64,000 nt of DNA from IMG/VR virus record IMGVR_UViG_3300045988_179268, positions 1-64,000 of that record; one strand, 5' to 3'. This stretch comes from a virus. Position numbers and translations under genes: made by a program. The notes under the pieces are model-generated. The model was not told the DNA's origin, searched no databases, and was given only the letters and a program-made list of their open reading frames with translations. This document shows, piece by piece, positions 1 to 8,202 of the stretch. The number at the start of each line of letters is the position of its first letter. The first letter of the stretch is position 1.

Positions 1-73
1 TAAATGCAACGGATAGTTGTTTTTGCAACAATTCGATACACCATTTAAACCTATGTTCAGATAGGATTATTTT

Positions 74-643
74 ATGACGACTTTCGGCTTTCAGGGCACT
101 ACATTGCCGCCACTTAGAGAGAATGTCCCTGTCCGACCTACGTATAGGGTTCCTAGTAAGGAAGAGCGTTCGCAAAAGCTTAAAATGTACGCGCTCATGT
201 CAGCTTTTGCCACAGCGTTGTGGTTTGCAATTACGGTAAGCTACATCACCCCTCGGTTAGGTGCTGACATTAACCCCGTTGCGTACTATTTCGTAAACAT
301 GGGGGCGATTCTCGTGATGCTTGCCATTCTCAATGTAGGGCTCTATTTCTCAAGGTTTTCACCAGCGAGAGTTCAATGCTACGACCAGGACTTTAACCCA
401 AAGCCTTATTCCACAAAGGTTACATTCTGGCAGTCTCAGGACTTTGCAAGTATTGATGCAGTGATTGTCCCAATGTTCATCCTTCTTGGGGGAGCTATCG
501 CATTATCTGTAGGTAACACAGCACCAATTTACTTATTTGCTATCGTTGCGTATGTTGTTAATTATATTTGGAAAATGTCTATTTATGACCTTTTCCCTAT
601 GCTAACAGACGCAGTAATTTGGGTAGAAGAAGAAAACCATTAA
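74..643 (+). CDS. integral membrane protein, function unknown
   Basis: 189-aa ORF with several long hydrophobic segments (LMSAFATALWFAITVSYI, GAILVMLAILNVGLYF, VIVPMFILLGGAIALSV, IYLFAIVAYVVNYIW). Followed by a hairpin plus T-run. No family recognised. Confidence 0.55.
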   Translation: MTTFGFQGTTLPPLRENVPVRPTYRVPSKEERSQKLKMYALMSAFATALWFAITVSYITPRLGADINPVAYYFVNMGAILVMLAILNVGLYFSRFSPARVQCYDQDFNPKPYSTKVTFWQSQDFASIDAVIVPMFILLGGAIALSVGNTAPIYLFAIVAYVVNYIWKMSIYDLFPMLTDAVIWVEEENH

Positions 644-647
644 ATAG

Positions 648-704
648 AAGCCCGTAAGGTTACGCCATCTCGCGATAGGCGGCAATAATCTTACGGGCTT
701 TTTT
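648..704 (+). terminator. intrinsic terminator
   Basis: aagcccgtaag (648-658) pairs with cttacgggctt (690-700). A T-run follows. Confidence 0.6.
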
Positions 705-706
705 GG

Positions 707-736
707 TTGCATTAGGTGTAAGATGCACGCTATGAT
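707..736 (+). promoter_or_regulatory. sigma70/SigA-like promoter
   Basis: TTGCAT (707-712), 18-nt spacer, TATGAT (731-736), about 40 nt upstream of the ATG at 777. Confidence 0.4.
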
Positions 737-776
737 GCCTATTACATCATACGAAAACTATTGAGGAAGGCTTAAA

Positions 777-1379
777 ATGGCTGACATCTCCACCCCGTCC
801 ACCCCTGAGGCTATTCAGGATGTATCCGTGCCACACACGTGCAATTCATGTACTGAGGGGGAGTTTTGTGCTTATGCGCCAGACCCGGAAATTCGGGACG
901 TGGCTAACCTCTTTGGCGCAATGGGCATCCTGGGAGTCCTGCTTTACATTATTGGTGAAGTCTTCGCAGGGCTGTCACGTCAGATTGTAGAGAAGTGGGA
1001 ACTGGTAGGGCAGGTCGCCGGATATAGTGGATACCTTTTCGGAGTCCTTCTCTTAATGACGGTACTAATGGCGTGCTTTACCCGTAGTTTCTCCGTCGGA
1101 GACGAGGGTAAAATCTTCACTAAGAAGTGGGTGTCATCCCTCGGTAAGGGCGTGCTGTTTATTATTGGCTTATTTGTACTTGCGGGCGCTGTCCTTACTG
1201 GTCTTTACCTTGTTGGCGGCATTTCAATGGTTTCAATTGTGGCGACAATGTTTGCCCCGGTGATGGCGTTAGTAGGCTTCTCAGGCAATATTCTTTATTC
1301 TATCCTGAATACTCGCTTTGTTGGCGGCTTGGTTTGTCGTATCGCCATGTTCTACGATGAAACTCGCAACAGGCACTAG
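777..1379 (+). CDS. integral membrane protein, function unknown
   Basis: 200-aa ORF with SD-like GAGGAAGG upstream. N-terminal Cys cluster (HTCNSCTEGEFC) followed by four or more hydrophobic helices. Confidence 0.55.
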   Translation: MADISTPSTPEAIQDVSVPHTCNSCTEGEFCAYAPDPEIRDVANLFGAMGILGVLLYIIGEVFAGLSRQIVEKWELVGQVAGYSGYLFGVLLLMTVLMACFTRSFSVGDEGKIFTKKWVSSLGKGVLFIIGLFVLAGAVLTGLYLVGGISMVSIVATMFAPVMALVGFSGNILYSILNTRFVGGLVCRIAMFYDETRNRH

Positions 1380-1413
1380 CGGCACCTTTAGGCGCGAATA
1401 GCGCCATACAGCT

Positions 1414-1447
1414 GGCACCTCCTAATTTTTAGGGGGTGCCATTTTTT
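1414..1447 (+). terminator. intrinsic terminator
   Basis: 11-bp stem ggcacctccta / tagggggtgcc with a 5-nt loop, followed by a T6 run. It overlaps the ATG at 1436 used by the ORF track. Confidence 0.65.
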
Positions 1448-1483
1448 CTACCTCCAAGCGGCACCTTTTGCTATTCGTTCTAT

Positions 1484-2713
1484 ATGACTCGATATGTTTT
1501 TGATAATGTCCTACCACCAAATATTGTGCTAGATGTAGGCAGTGAGGCAGGGCAACAGACGCTTCATCGGCTGGCATTAAAAGACCTCATCACAGTTAAA
1601 GAGAGTAAAGTCATTGATGGCGAGACTGTGAAGGTTATCTCATCCGAATCATATATACCATTAGAAAACGGTAAGCTGAACTATCTCAACACGGCGCTCC
1701 CTCATGATAATGGTAACGGTTTCACGACTTGCTCTCTTTTTGCGGGTGCTGGAGGGTCTGCCTTAGGGCTAGAACGTGCAGGATACAGTGTGAAGGCTTG
1801 CTACGAGTTAGACAAGAACGCACACGCCACACTGGTTACTAATCGCCCACAATGGAACCCTGCCCTCACCGACATCTCCGCCACAGACTTTAGCCAACTC
1901 AACGGCGTTATTGATGTTCTTGAGGGCGGCTTCCCATGTCAGCCGTTCAGCTATGCAGGCTCTCGCGCAGGATTTGCAGATACTAGAGGCACACTGTTCC
2001 ACCACTATCTAAGAGCAGTACGCGAAATTGAGCCAAAGGCATTCATTGCCGAAAATGTCCCTGGACTACTTACCAACGACAAGGGGCGCACATGGAAAAC
2101 CATTAAAGACAACCTCGAAATTGAAACACCCAGTGGATACAAGTACACCATTCACCACAAGGTACTAAAAAGTCACTGGTTAGGGGTACCTCAAAAACGT
2201 GACAGGCTTATCATTGTGGGAATCCGTAACGACCAGAATAACCCGTCTAACTACGAATTTCCTAAGTATCTAGCCCATACTGTGCCCCTTAAAGCCGCTT
2301 TAGATGGAGTGCCCGACTCGCCGGGTGCAACCTACAGCCCTGCCAAATACGACATTATGAAACAGGTGCCTGAGGGAGGGAATTGGCGTGACCTACCCGA
2401 AGAATTGCAGAATATTCTAACTAACGGTAAAGGCGGTATAGACGGCTCCTATTCAGGGACGGCTAAGCGCCTTTCATGGAATGAGCCCAGCCTCACTATC
2501 CTCGCCTCTCCTGCCCAAAGAAGAACTGAGCGTTGTCATCCTACAGAAACCCGCCCACTGACTGTCCGTGAGGCGGCAAGAGTCCAGACATTCCCAGATG
2601 AATGGGTATTTGAGGGCGGTGTCACGGCGCAGTATAGGCAGGTTGGCAATGCTGTACCGCCCAGGCTGGCGTATTTAGTTGGTAAATCAATTCTTCATCA
2701 TTTGAGACGTTAG
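1484..2713 (+). CDS. DNA (cytosine-5)-methyltransferase (Dcm family), apparently orphan
   Basis: Canonical C5-MTase motifs: FAGAGGSALG (I), GGFPCQPFSYAG (IV), ENVPGL (VI), QKRDRLIIVG (VIII), TVREAARVQTFPD (IX), GNAVPP (X). Start moved to ATG 1484 because 1436 lies inside the upstream terminator. TGcTATTCG ends 7 nt before this ATG, so the mRNA may be leaderless. Confidence 0.9.
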   Translation: MTRYVFDNVLPPNIVLDVGSEAGQQTLHRLALKDLITVKESKVIDGETVKVISSESYIPLENGKLNYLNTALPHDNGNGFTTCSLFAGAGGSALGLERAGYSVKACYELDKNAHATLVTNRPQWNPALTDISATDFSQLNGVIDVLEGGFPCQPFSYAGSRAGFADTRGTLFHHYLRAVREIEPKAFIAENVPGLLTNDKGRTWKTIKDNLEIETPSGYKYTIHHKVLKSHWLGVPQKRDRLIIVGIRNDQNNPSNYEFPKYLAHTVPLKAALDGVPDSPGATYSPAKYDIMKQVPEGGNWRDLPEELQNILTNGKGGIDGSYSGTAKRLSWNEPSLTILASPAQRRTERCHPTETRPLTVREAARVQTFPDEWVFEGGVTAQYRQVGNAVPPRLAYLVGKSILHHLRR

Positions 2714-2714
2714 G

Positions 2715-2743
2715 TTGCGCCGCATAAATTTGTGTGTTACACT
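2715..2743 (+). promoter_or_regulatory. promoter of tRNA-Gly cassette
   Basis: TTGCGC (2715-2720), 17-nt spacer containing TG (2735-2736), TACACT (2738-2743). The tRNA starts at 2754. Confidence 0.55.
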
Positions 2744-2753
2744 TGAATTGTTC

Positions 2754-2824
2754 GCGGCTGTAGCTCAATGGCAGAGCATATGCTTCCCAAGCATGGTACG
2801 CGGGTTCGATTCCCGTCAGCCGCT
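2754..2824 (+). tRNA. tRNA-Gly (anticodon CCC)
   Basis: Manual cloverleaf: acceptor GCGGCTG/CAGCCGC, anticodon stem TATGC/GCATG, loop TTCCCAA, T-arm GCGGG-TTCGATT-CCCGT, discriminator T. CCA is not encoded. Confidence 0.85.
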
Positions 2825-2843
2825 CGTTCAAGCAAAATTAATC

Positions 2844-2892
2844 GTTGCCGCAGGCGCTAAGACACTCGTTGTTGTTTAGTGCCTGCGGCAAC
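2844..2892 (+). terminator. stem-loop downstream of tRNA-Gly (no U-tract)
   Basis: Perfect 12-bp stem gttgccgcaggc / gcctgcggcaac with a 25-nt loop. Confidence 0.45.
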
Positions 2893-2914
2893 ACTTTGAG
2901 AACAAGGAGAAATT

Positions 2915-3310
2915 ATGAATCTTGACAACCTTAAAAACAATGTATGTACTCTCTCTACGCGCAATCTTGACCCTTCGCTAAATACTGCCGATATTCGTGT
3001 TGCGTTCACTAGCGACGATAAGGGCAAGCTTGACGATTACGTGCGAAGCGCGATTGGCTTCAACCTTACAGATAACTACCCAGTGTCGCCTTATGTGAAC
3101 AGTGTTGCAAGCATGTCGGGTATCGCGGGGGTTATTAAAGCGACTGGTAAGGAGAGTGCAGATGTGGTACACTACAATGTGTACGATTTGGATTCTATGC
3201 CTATCCCTCTCCCTAGTGAGTCATTTATGGACATCATGGAAGGATACATGGGGGAGGATTTGAATACTCAGCTCACTAACTGGGTTGAAGAACTTGGCAC
3301 CCATACCTAA
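2915..3310 (+). CDS. hypothetical protein
   Basis: 131-aa ORF with SD AAGGAG 7 nt upstream of the ATG. No recognisable motif. Confidence 0.55.
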   Translation: MNLDNLKNNVCTLSTRNLDPSLNTADIRVAFTSDDKGKLDDYVRSAIGFNLTDNYPVSPYVNSVASMSGIAGVIKATGKESADVVHYNVYDLDSMPIPLPSESFMDIMEGYMGEDLNTQLTNWVEELGTHT

Positions 3311-3328
3311 AAGTCGGAAAGGAAAATT

Positions 3329-3766
3329 GTGACCACCCCCGGAAACTTCAAGCTTGTCGATTCGCCGCTTACTGACGTTTTTCAGCATATGCAGGATGTT
3401 CGTGAGCTAACTGGGCAGATTGACCGTGACACTATCCTGCTCATGAAAGAGTTTCTTCTCACCTCTAATATGGAGAAGGTGTATGATGCTCTTGAGCGCT
3501 CCTTGACTGTCGCGATGGTCATGGGCGAGATTGACGCTCAGGACTTACGCCACTGGTATCAGCGCGTAGAGGGTGTTTTTAATAGCGTGAAGGTTCCAGG
3601 AATCGACGGTGATGTAGACCGATTTAATGTATCTGATGAGGTGTTACAGGACTTTGGACCGATTGCAACCCCTGAGAATATCCTCCGGGATGCTGGTCTT
3701 CTTACCATCGAGAGTGATAACGTCAGCTTTGTGGATGCTATCGTCGCAAACGTTCGCAAGAAGTAG
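3329..3766 (+). CDS. hypothetical protein
   Basis: 145-aa ORF with GTG start preceded by GGAAAGGAAA. Acidic, predicted helical. No recognisable motif. Confidence 0.5.
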   Translation: MTTPGNFKLVDSPLTDVFQHMQDVRELTGQIDRDTILLMKEFLLTSNMEKVYDALERSLTVAMVMGEIDAQDLRHWYQRVEGVFNSVKVPGIDGDVDRFNVSDEVLQDFGPIATPENILRDAGLLTIESDNVSFVDAIVANVRKK

Positions 3767-3785
3767 GCGTTGCATGTAGGCAGAT

Positions 3786-3814
3786 TTGAAAATTTGAAAA
3801 TCCTGTGATATACT
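3786..3814 (+). promoter_or_regulatory. near-consensus extended -10 promoter of tRNA-Ser cassette
   Basis: TTGAAA (3786-3791), 17-nt spacer with TG (3806-3807), TATACT (3809-3814). The 78-nt leader contains the stem agggtgaagc (3831-3840) / gcttcaccct (3875-3884). Confidence 0.6.
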
Positions 3815-3891
3815 TGCTACATAACTTAATAAGGGTGAAGCAAATACCTGGCACAAACACCGGCTTCGTTTCGCGCTTCACCCTAACACTT

Positions 3892-3980
3892 GGTGTCGTG
3901 TCTGAGTGGCTGAAAGAGCCTCACTGCTAATGAGGTAGCGCTGTAAAAGGCGCTCGCAGGTTCGAATCCTGTCGGCACCG
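3892..3980 (+). tRNA. tRNA-Ser (anticodon GCT), type II
   Basis: Manual cloverleaf: acceptor GGTGTCG/CGGCACC, 3-bp D-stem, anticodon stem CCTCA/TGAGG, loop CTGCTAA, 5-bp long variable arm (AGCGC/GCGCT), T-arm GCAGG-TTCGAAT-CCTGT, discriminator G. Confidence 0.85.
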
Positions 3981-3986
3981 CTTTAT

Positions 3987-4035
3987 ATAGAAGAAACCCC
4001 TCAACTTTGATAATAGGTTGAGGGGTTTCTTCTAT
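3987..4035. terminator. bidirectional stem-loop terminator
   Basis: Perfect 19-bp stem atagaagaaacccctcaac / gttgaggggtttcttctat between tRNA-Ser (+) and the convergent membrane gene (-). Confidence 0.7.
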
Positions 4036-4039
4036 ATCT

Positions 4040-4426
4040 TTAGGGGGCTGATTCGTCTTTCCCGGTTTTGCGTGTAAGTGCTGGTGGGTCAGCCAGCAGG
4101 TTACCGGCTGTTTGAAGTAGCGCGCCGCCTAGAATTAGCGCTAGGGCACCAAACGGGTCACCCCTACGTTCTGCATCCGCAACCGCCAAGAAAGCAACCC
4201 CACTGTATACGGTGAAGGTGAGAATCAGCATGAAATGAAAACCTTCATCCACCTTTAGAGTCCGGTAAAGCGTGAAGCCTACAGCCAGTAGCGCAATTAT
4301 GGGCAATACAGGGTTGCCAATTTGAACTGATACCCAGGCTGTCGCAATGCAATACGCAACACACCCTAACAACAGTAGAACTAGCTCACTGGTTGGCAGA
4401 TTTACTTTATGGATGAAGTTCTTCAT
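4040..4426 (-). CDS. small integral membrane protein
   Basis: 128-aa ORF with four hydrophobic segments. Convergent with tRNA-Ser. Confidence 0.55.
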   Translation of the reverse strand: MKNFIHKVNLPTSELVLLLLGCVAYCIATAWVSVQIGNPVLPIIALLAVGFTLYRTLKVDEGFHFMLILTFTVYSGVAFLAVADAERRGDPFGALALILGGALLQTAGNLLADPPALTRKTGKDESAP

Positions 4427-4511
4427 GTCTCGTCTCTAAGTTTTCTTTTTATGACTAATGTCTTATAGCTGAATATGTCACTTTCTGCCAGCTATGTGTA
4501 TTCTTAGAATT

Positions 4512-4520
4512 TGATACAAT
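4512..4520 (+). promoter_or_regulatory. extended -10 promoter upstream of secA
   Basis: TGaTACAAT, about 35 nt upstream of the secA ORF start. Confidence 0.45.
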
Positions 4521-4554
4521 AGTCAAGTATTCTAGAAACATCTGAGACTTATAT

Positions 4555-7500
4555 TTGAGAGGGACTTTCCTATTGGTTAATCCTATTGAGAAGGCTTTAC
4601 GATTTGGTGAACGCCGCGAAGAGAAGCGCGCCCAGAAACTAGTTGAAGCCATTGAACTTCTTGAGCCTATCTATGAAGACATGCCTGATGATGAGTTGCG
4701 TGCGCAGACCGATGAGTTTAAAGACCGAATCGCTAACGGTGAAGAGCTGGACACGATTCTTCCTGAGGCGTTTGCGGTTGTACGTGAGGCTTCTCACCGC
4801 GTACTAGGTAAACGCCAGTATCCTGTACAGCTATTGGGTGGTATTGCCTTGCATTTTGGGCAGGTAGCCGAAATGGGTACTGGTGAGGGCAAAGCTGTAA
4901 CCATCGACACGCTCATTCCCATGCCTGAGGGTGCCCGCCTCGCAGGAGACATCCATATTGGCGATACCGTGTATGCCGGTAATGGTGATTTAACTGTGGT
5001 TACAGGTGTTTTCCCTCAAGGTGAGCAGGACGTTTACCGTGTCTACTTCGAGGACGGCAGGTCTATTGATTGCAACCTTGAGCATCTTTGGGATGTATGT
5101 GACCAGTATGGGGTGTATGAGACAGTTGCCACTAGCCAGGTAATTGAGCGTCTACAGGCTGGCAATCTGGTCTTTATTCCCGCGCAGGGTGCTACAGCAT
5201 CTAAAAAGCCCGTCAGGGAGCATGTAACGCGCCTTCTGGACGATAATAATGCTTCAACCTCTCTTTACCTTGGTTGCTCCGAAAAGCCCTTAGAAGAGGA
5301 TTCTGGGGGTTCCTGGGCGCTACTGCGTAGTTTGATTGATTGTGGGGCTGTATTCACCACTATCGACCTTGAGGAAGTTTCTGCTGTTCATTACCAGTTG
5401 AATCTTGAGAAATACGAGGCATTGGAAGGCGCATATGACCTGGCTGAAATCCTAGATGACACAGTTCGCCCTGTCATGCCTTTCGGCTCCCAATACGTGC
5501 CGGGTTCTGAACAGCAGATTGAACAGCTCATCAAGCACGTTTCCACTTTACGTGTTTACGATAAGGTGACGGCTCATGCCTATTCAGAGGCGGCGGCGGA
5601 AGCTATTGCATGGGTTGCCCGGTCAATGGGCTGGTATGCCTGCATTGCGCCATCTCAGGGGTTCCTGCCCTGGGTTATCGACATTAATAAGAAGTCGAAG
5701 AAGAAGATTCAGGTTGTTGCAGTAGAGAGAATGGGGCGAACTGCCGAACAGGTCTGCTTCACTGTCTCTCACCCCACTCACCTATTCCTTGCTGGTGACC
5801 ATGTGGTGACCCACAACACCTTAACTGCTGTAGCGCCACTGTATCTTAACGCGCTTACTGGTAAGGGCGCGCATCTGGTCACTACTAACGACTACCTGGC
5901 GCGTGAGCAAGAGGAGCAGATGGGTCGAATCTATTCGTTCTTAGGGATGACTCACGGCGCTATTCAGGAGCAGATGTCTCCAAAGGAGCGTCAGGATATT
6001 TACTCGCGAGACATTGTTTATGGCACGAATAACCAGTTTGGCTTCGATTACCTGCGTGACAATATTGCAAAGAGTCCAGATGAGCTGGTTCAACGTGACT
6101 TGAACTATGTAATCATTGATGAGCTTGACTCTATCCTTATTGACGAAGCGGGCACACCACTCATTATTTCGGCCCCCGCTGGAGACACTTCCACGGCAGA
6201 GAAATGGTTTATGGCTAGTGCTGAAATTGTGGGCAACCTTAAACCCGATGTCCACTATGTTTTTGATTTAAAGAAGCGAACAGCCGAATTTCTAGACGCT
6301 GGATACGATGAGATTGAGAATCAGTTAGGCGGCAAGGAAAACGCGATTTTCAGTACGCATAGTGAACTACTGACATTCCTTAACGCCGCACTTAAAGCAG
6401 AAACGCTTTACACCCTAGACAAAGACTATATTGTCGTGGGTGACGAGGTGATGATTGTTGATGAGCATACTGGACGCGCGATGGAAGGTCGCCGGTACAG
6501 CCACGGTCTACACCAGGCGCTTGAAGCTAAAGAACGACGTAACGGCAAGTTTGAGGTTCAGATTCAGCCTGAAAACCCCACGGTGGCAACTATTACCTTG
6601 CAGAACTTCTTCCGCCTTTATGAGAAGATGTCTGGGATGACTGGTACGGCGGCTTCGGAGGCGGCTGAACTTGCAGACACCTACAACTTGACTGTACGCA
6701 CCATTCCACCGAACAAGGAGAAACAGCGCGTAGACCTTGAAGATGAAATTTACATCTCTGAGGCGAAAAAGTTTAAGGCTGTCGTCCAGGAAATTAAGGC
6801 TCTTCACGACGATTCTGAGGGCGAGTACACTACACCTGATGGGGAGAAGCGCCCCCTTGTACAGCCTATCCTTATTGGTACGACTAGCGTTGCCGCGTCT
6901 GAACGTTTATCTAGGATGCTGACTGCCGCTGGCATTAAGCATAATGTCCTTAATGCCAAGCATGTTGAACAGGAGGCGCATATCGTTGCGCAGGCAGGTC
7001 GTCTTGGGGCTGTCACCATTTCAACAAACATGGCTGGTCGTGGTACGGATATTCTTCTTGGTGGAAGCGCAGACATGCTTGTCGAGGAACAGATGCAAAT
7101 TATGGGACTTACCCCAGAGCATACGCCAACCGCTTACGAGGAACAACGTCACGCATTACAGCCTATTATGGACAGGAAAGTAGCTGAGGAAGCTGACTTG
7201 GTGCGTGAGCTTGGTGGCTTATACGTCATGGGTACAGCTAGACATGATTCTCGCCGTATTGATAATCAGCTTATTGGTCGTTCCGGTAGGCAGGGCGACC
7301 CCGGTCGTTCAAAGTTCTTCTTATCCTTGGAGGACGAACTGCTACGGTTCTACAGCCCCCGACAGGTGGCAGGTATTAGTCGCGTGATGGCTAAGACACC
7401 TGATGCGCCGCTGTCTGGCAAGATTCTGTCTAAAGCAATTGAGAATGCTCAGGCTTCTATCGACGGCAAGCATCGCGAAGGCAGGAAGAGTACTTTGGAG

Positions 7501-8079
7501 TATGATGACGTTCTCACGAAACAGCGTGAGAAGACGTACTCTGAGCGAAAGAAGCTTCTTCATGGAGATGCTGATTTTGTTCTTGACCAGGCTATCTGGT
7601 TTATTGAATGCGCCGTTTCGGAGGTTGTGGAACAATGGATTTCAGTTAATGGTGACCATCTGGACGACTGGGATTTGAAAGCCCTCTGGAGTCACCTTTA
7701 TGATGAGCTGGATTGGAAGCCGTCAATCACGGTGAAGGATGTTCTTGATGAATATCCTACTACCACGGAGCTTACTCGTGAAGTCCTCGTGAAGGAGCTT
7801 GTCTCTGCCGCTGTACAGCAGTGGGATGTTCGAGTGGAGTCTGGGCGAGAGGTTGCCGCTTCTTTCGCTAGGCAGGCGGCTTTAACTGCAATTGATGAAG
7901 AGTGGATTGCGCATCTGGCAGAGCTGGATTACCTCAAAGAAGGTATCGGCATGAGGGCGTATGCACAGAAAGACCCGAAGGTAGAATATCGCCTTGAAGC
8001 GGGCGACATGTATAACCAAATGAATACTGTTTTTGTAAAGAGAACCTTTACGAAAATTGTGCTTGGCGTTAAGCGCTAA
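4555..8079 (+). CDS. secA: preprotein translocase ATPase SecA, interrupted by an in-frame intein
   Basis: Collinear with bacterial SecA: AEMGTGEGK...TLTAVAPLYLNALTGKGAHLVTTNDYLA, VIIDELDSILIDEAGTPLIIS, TGMTGTA, TISTNMAGRGTDI, GRSGRQGDPG. TTG start at 4555 is assumed. No C-terminal zinc-binding tail. Confidence 0.93.
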   Translation: MRGTFLLVNPIEKALRFGERREEKRAQKLVEAIELLEPIYEDMPDDELRAQTDEFKDRIANGEELDTILPEAFAVVREASHRVLGKRQYPVQLLGGIALHFGQVAEMGTGEGKAVTIDTLIPMPEGARLAGDIHIGDTVYAGNGDLTVVTGVFPQGEQDVYRVYFEDGRSIDCNLEHLWDVCDQYGVYETVATSQVIERLQAGNLVFIPAQGATASKKPVREHVTRLLDDNNASTSLYLGCSEKPLEEDSGGSWALLRSLIDCGAVFTTIDLEEVSAVHYQLNLEKYEALEGAYDLAEILDDTVRPVMPFGSQYVPGSEQQIEQLIKHVSTLRVYDKVTAHAYSEAAAEAIAWVARSMGWYACIAPSQGFLPWVIDINKKSKKKIQVVAVERMGRTAEQVCFTVSHPTHLFLAGDHVVTHNTLTAVAPLYLNALTGKGAHLVTTNDYLAREQEEQMGRIYSFLGMTHGAIQEQMSPKERQDIYSRDIVYGTNNQFGFDYLRDNIAKSPDELVQRDLNYVIIDELDSILIDEAGTPLIISAPAGDTSTAEKWFMASAEIVGNLKPDVHYVFDLKKRTAEFLDAGYDEIENQLGGKENAIFSTHSELLTFLNAALKAETLYTLDKDYIVVGDEVMIVDEHTGRAMEGRRYSHGLHQALEAKERRNGKFEVQIQPENPTVATITLQNFFRLYEKMSGMTGTAASEAAELADTYNLTVRTIPPNKEKQRVDLEDEIYISEAKKFKAVVQEIKALHDDSEGEYTTPDGEKRPLVQPILIGTTSVAASERLSRMLTAAGIKHNVLNAKHVEQEAHIVAQAGRLGAVTISTNMAGRGTDILLGGSADMLVEEQMQIMGLTPEHTPTAYEEQRHALQPIMDRKVAEEADLVRELGGLYVMGTARHDSRRIDNQLIGRSGRQGDPGRSKFFLSLEDELLRFYSPRQVAGISRVMAKTPDAPLSGKILSKAIENAQASIDGKHREGRKSTLEYDDVLTKQREKTYSERKKLLHGDADFVLDQAIWFIECAVSEVVEQWISVNGDHLDDWDLKALWSHLYDELDWKPSITVKDVLDEYPTTTELTREVLVKELVSAAVQQWDVRVESGREVAASFARQAALTAIDEEWIAHLAELDYLKEGIGMRAYAQKDPKVEYRLEAGDMYNQMNTVFVKRTFTKIVLGVKR
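4894..5817 (+). mobile_element. intein (308 aa) in the SecA Walker-A loop; class-3-like with degenerate LAGLIDADG core
   Basis: Inserted between GEGK and TLTAV. Starts with Ala and ends VVTHN, followed by Thr +1. Block B is NLEHLW, block F QVCFTV. LLRSLIDCGA is LAGLIDADG-like. Confidence 0.85.
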
Positions 8080-8116
8080 CGACACTACGAATAGTGGTAC
8101 AATTAAATCATGATTA

Positions 8117-8162
8117 GATGTGGAGGTTGCCACCCGCTACTTGGGGTGACAACCTCCACATC
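8117..8162 (+). terminator. stem-loop after secA (no U-tract)
   Basis: About 19-bp stem gatgtggaggttgccaccc / ggggtgacaacctccacatc with one mismatch. A TGgTACAAT motif (8095-8103) lies just upstream of it. Confidence 0.5.
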
Positions 8163-8202
8163 CCTGTAGCTTTAGAGATTCAACATAATTAAAAGGAGTT
8201 TT

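Noticed and set aside
1436-1483. ATG at 1436 as the start of the methyltransferase (ORF-track start)
   Set aside because: The ATG lies inside the hairpin and T-run of the upstream terminator, and the encoded MPFFLPPSGTFCYSFY is not part of the MTase fold. The ATG at 1484 is preferred.
8095-8103. TGgTACAAT between the secA stop codon and the following hairpin as the promoter for the zinc-ribbon gene
   Set aside because: The hexamer is plausible, but the hairpin lies fully downstream of the predicted start site, so its role (promoter plus 5' stem-loop, or chance match) is unresolved. It is not listed as a feature.
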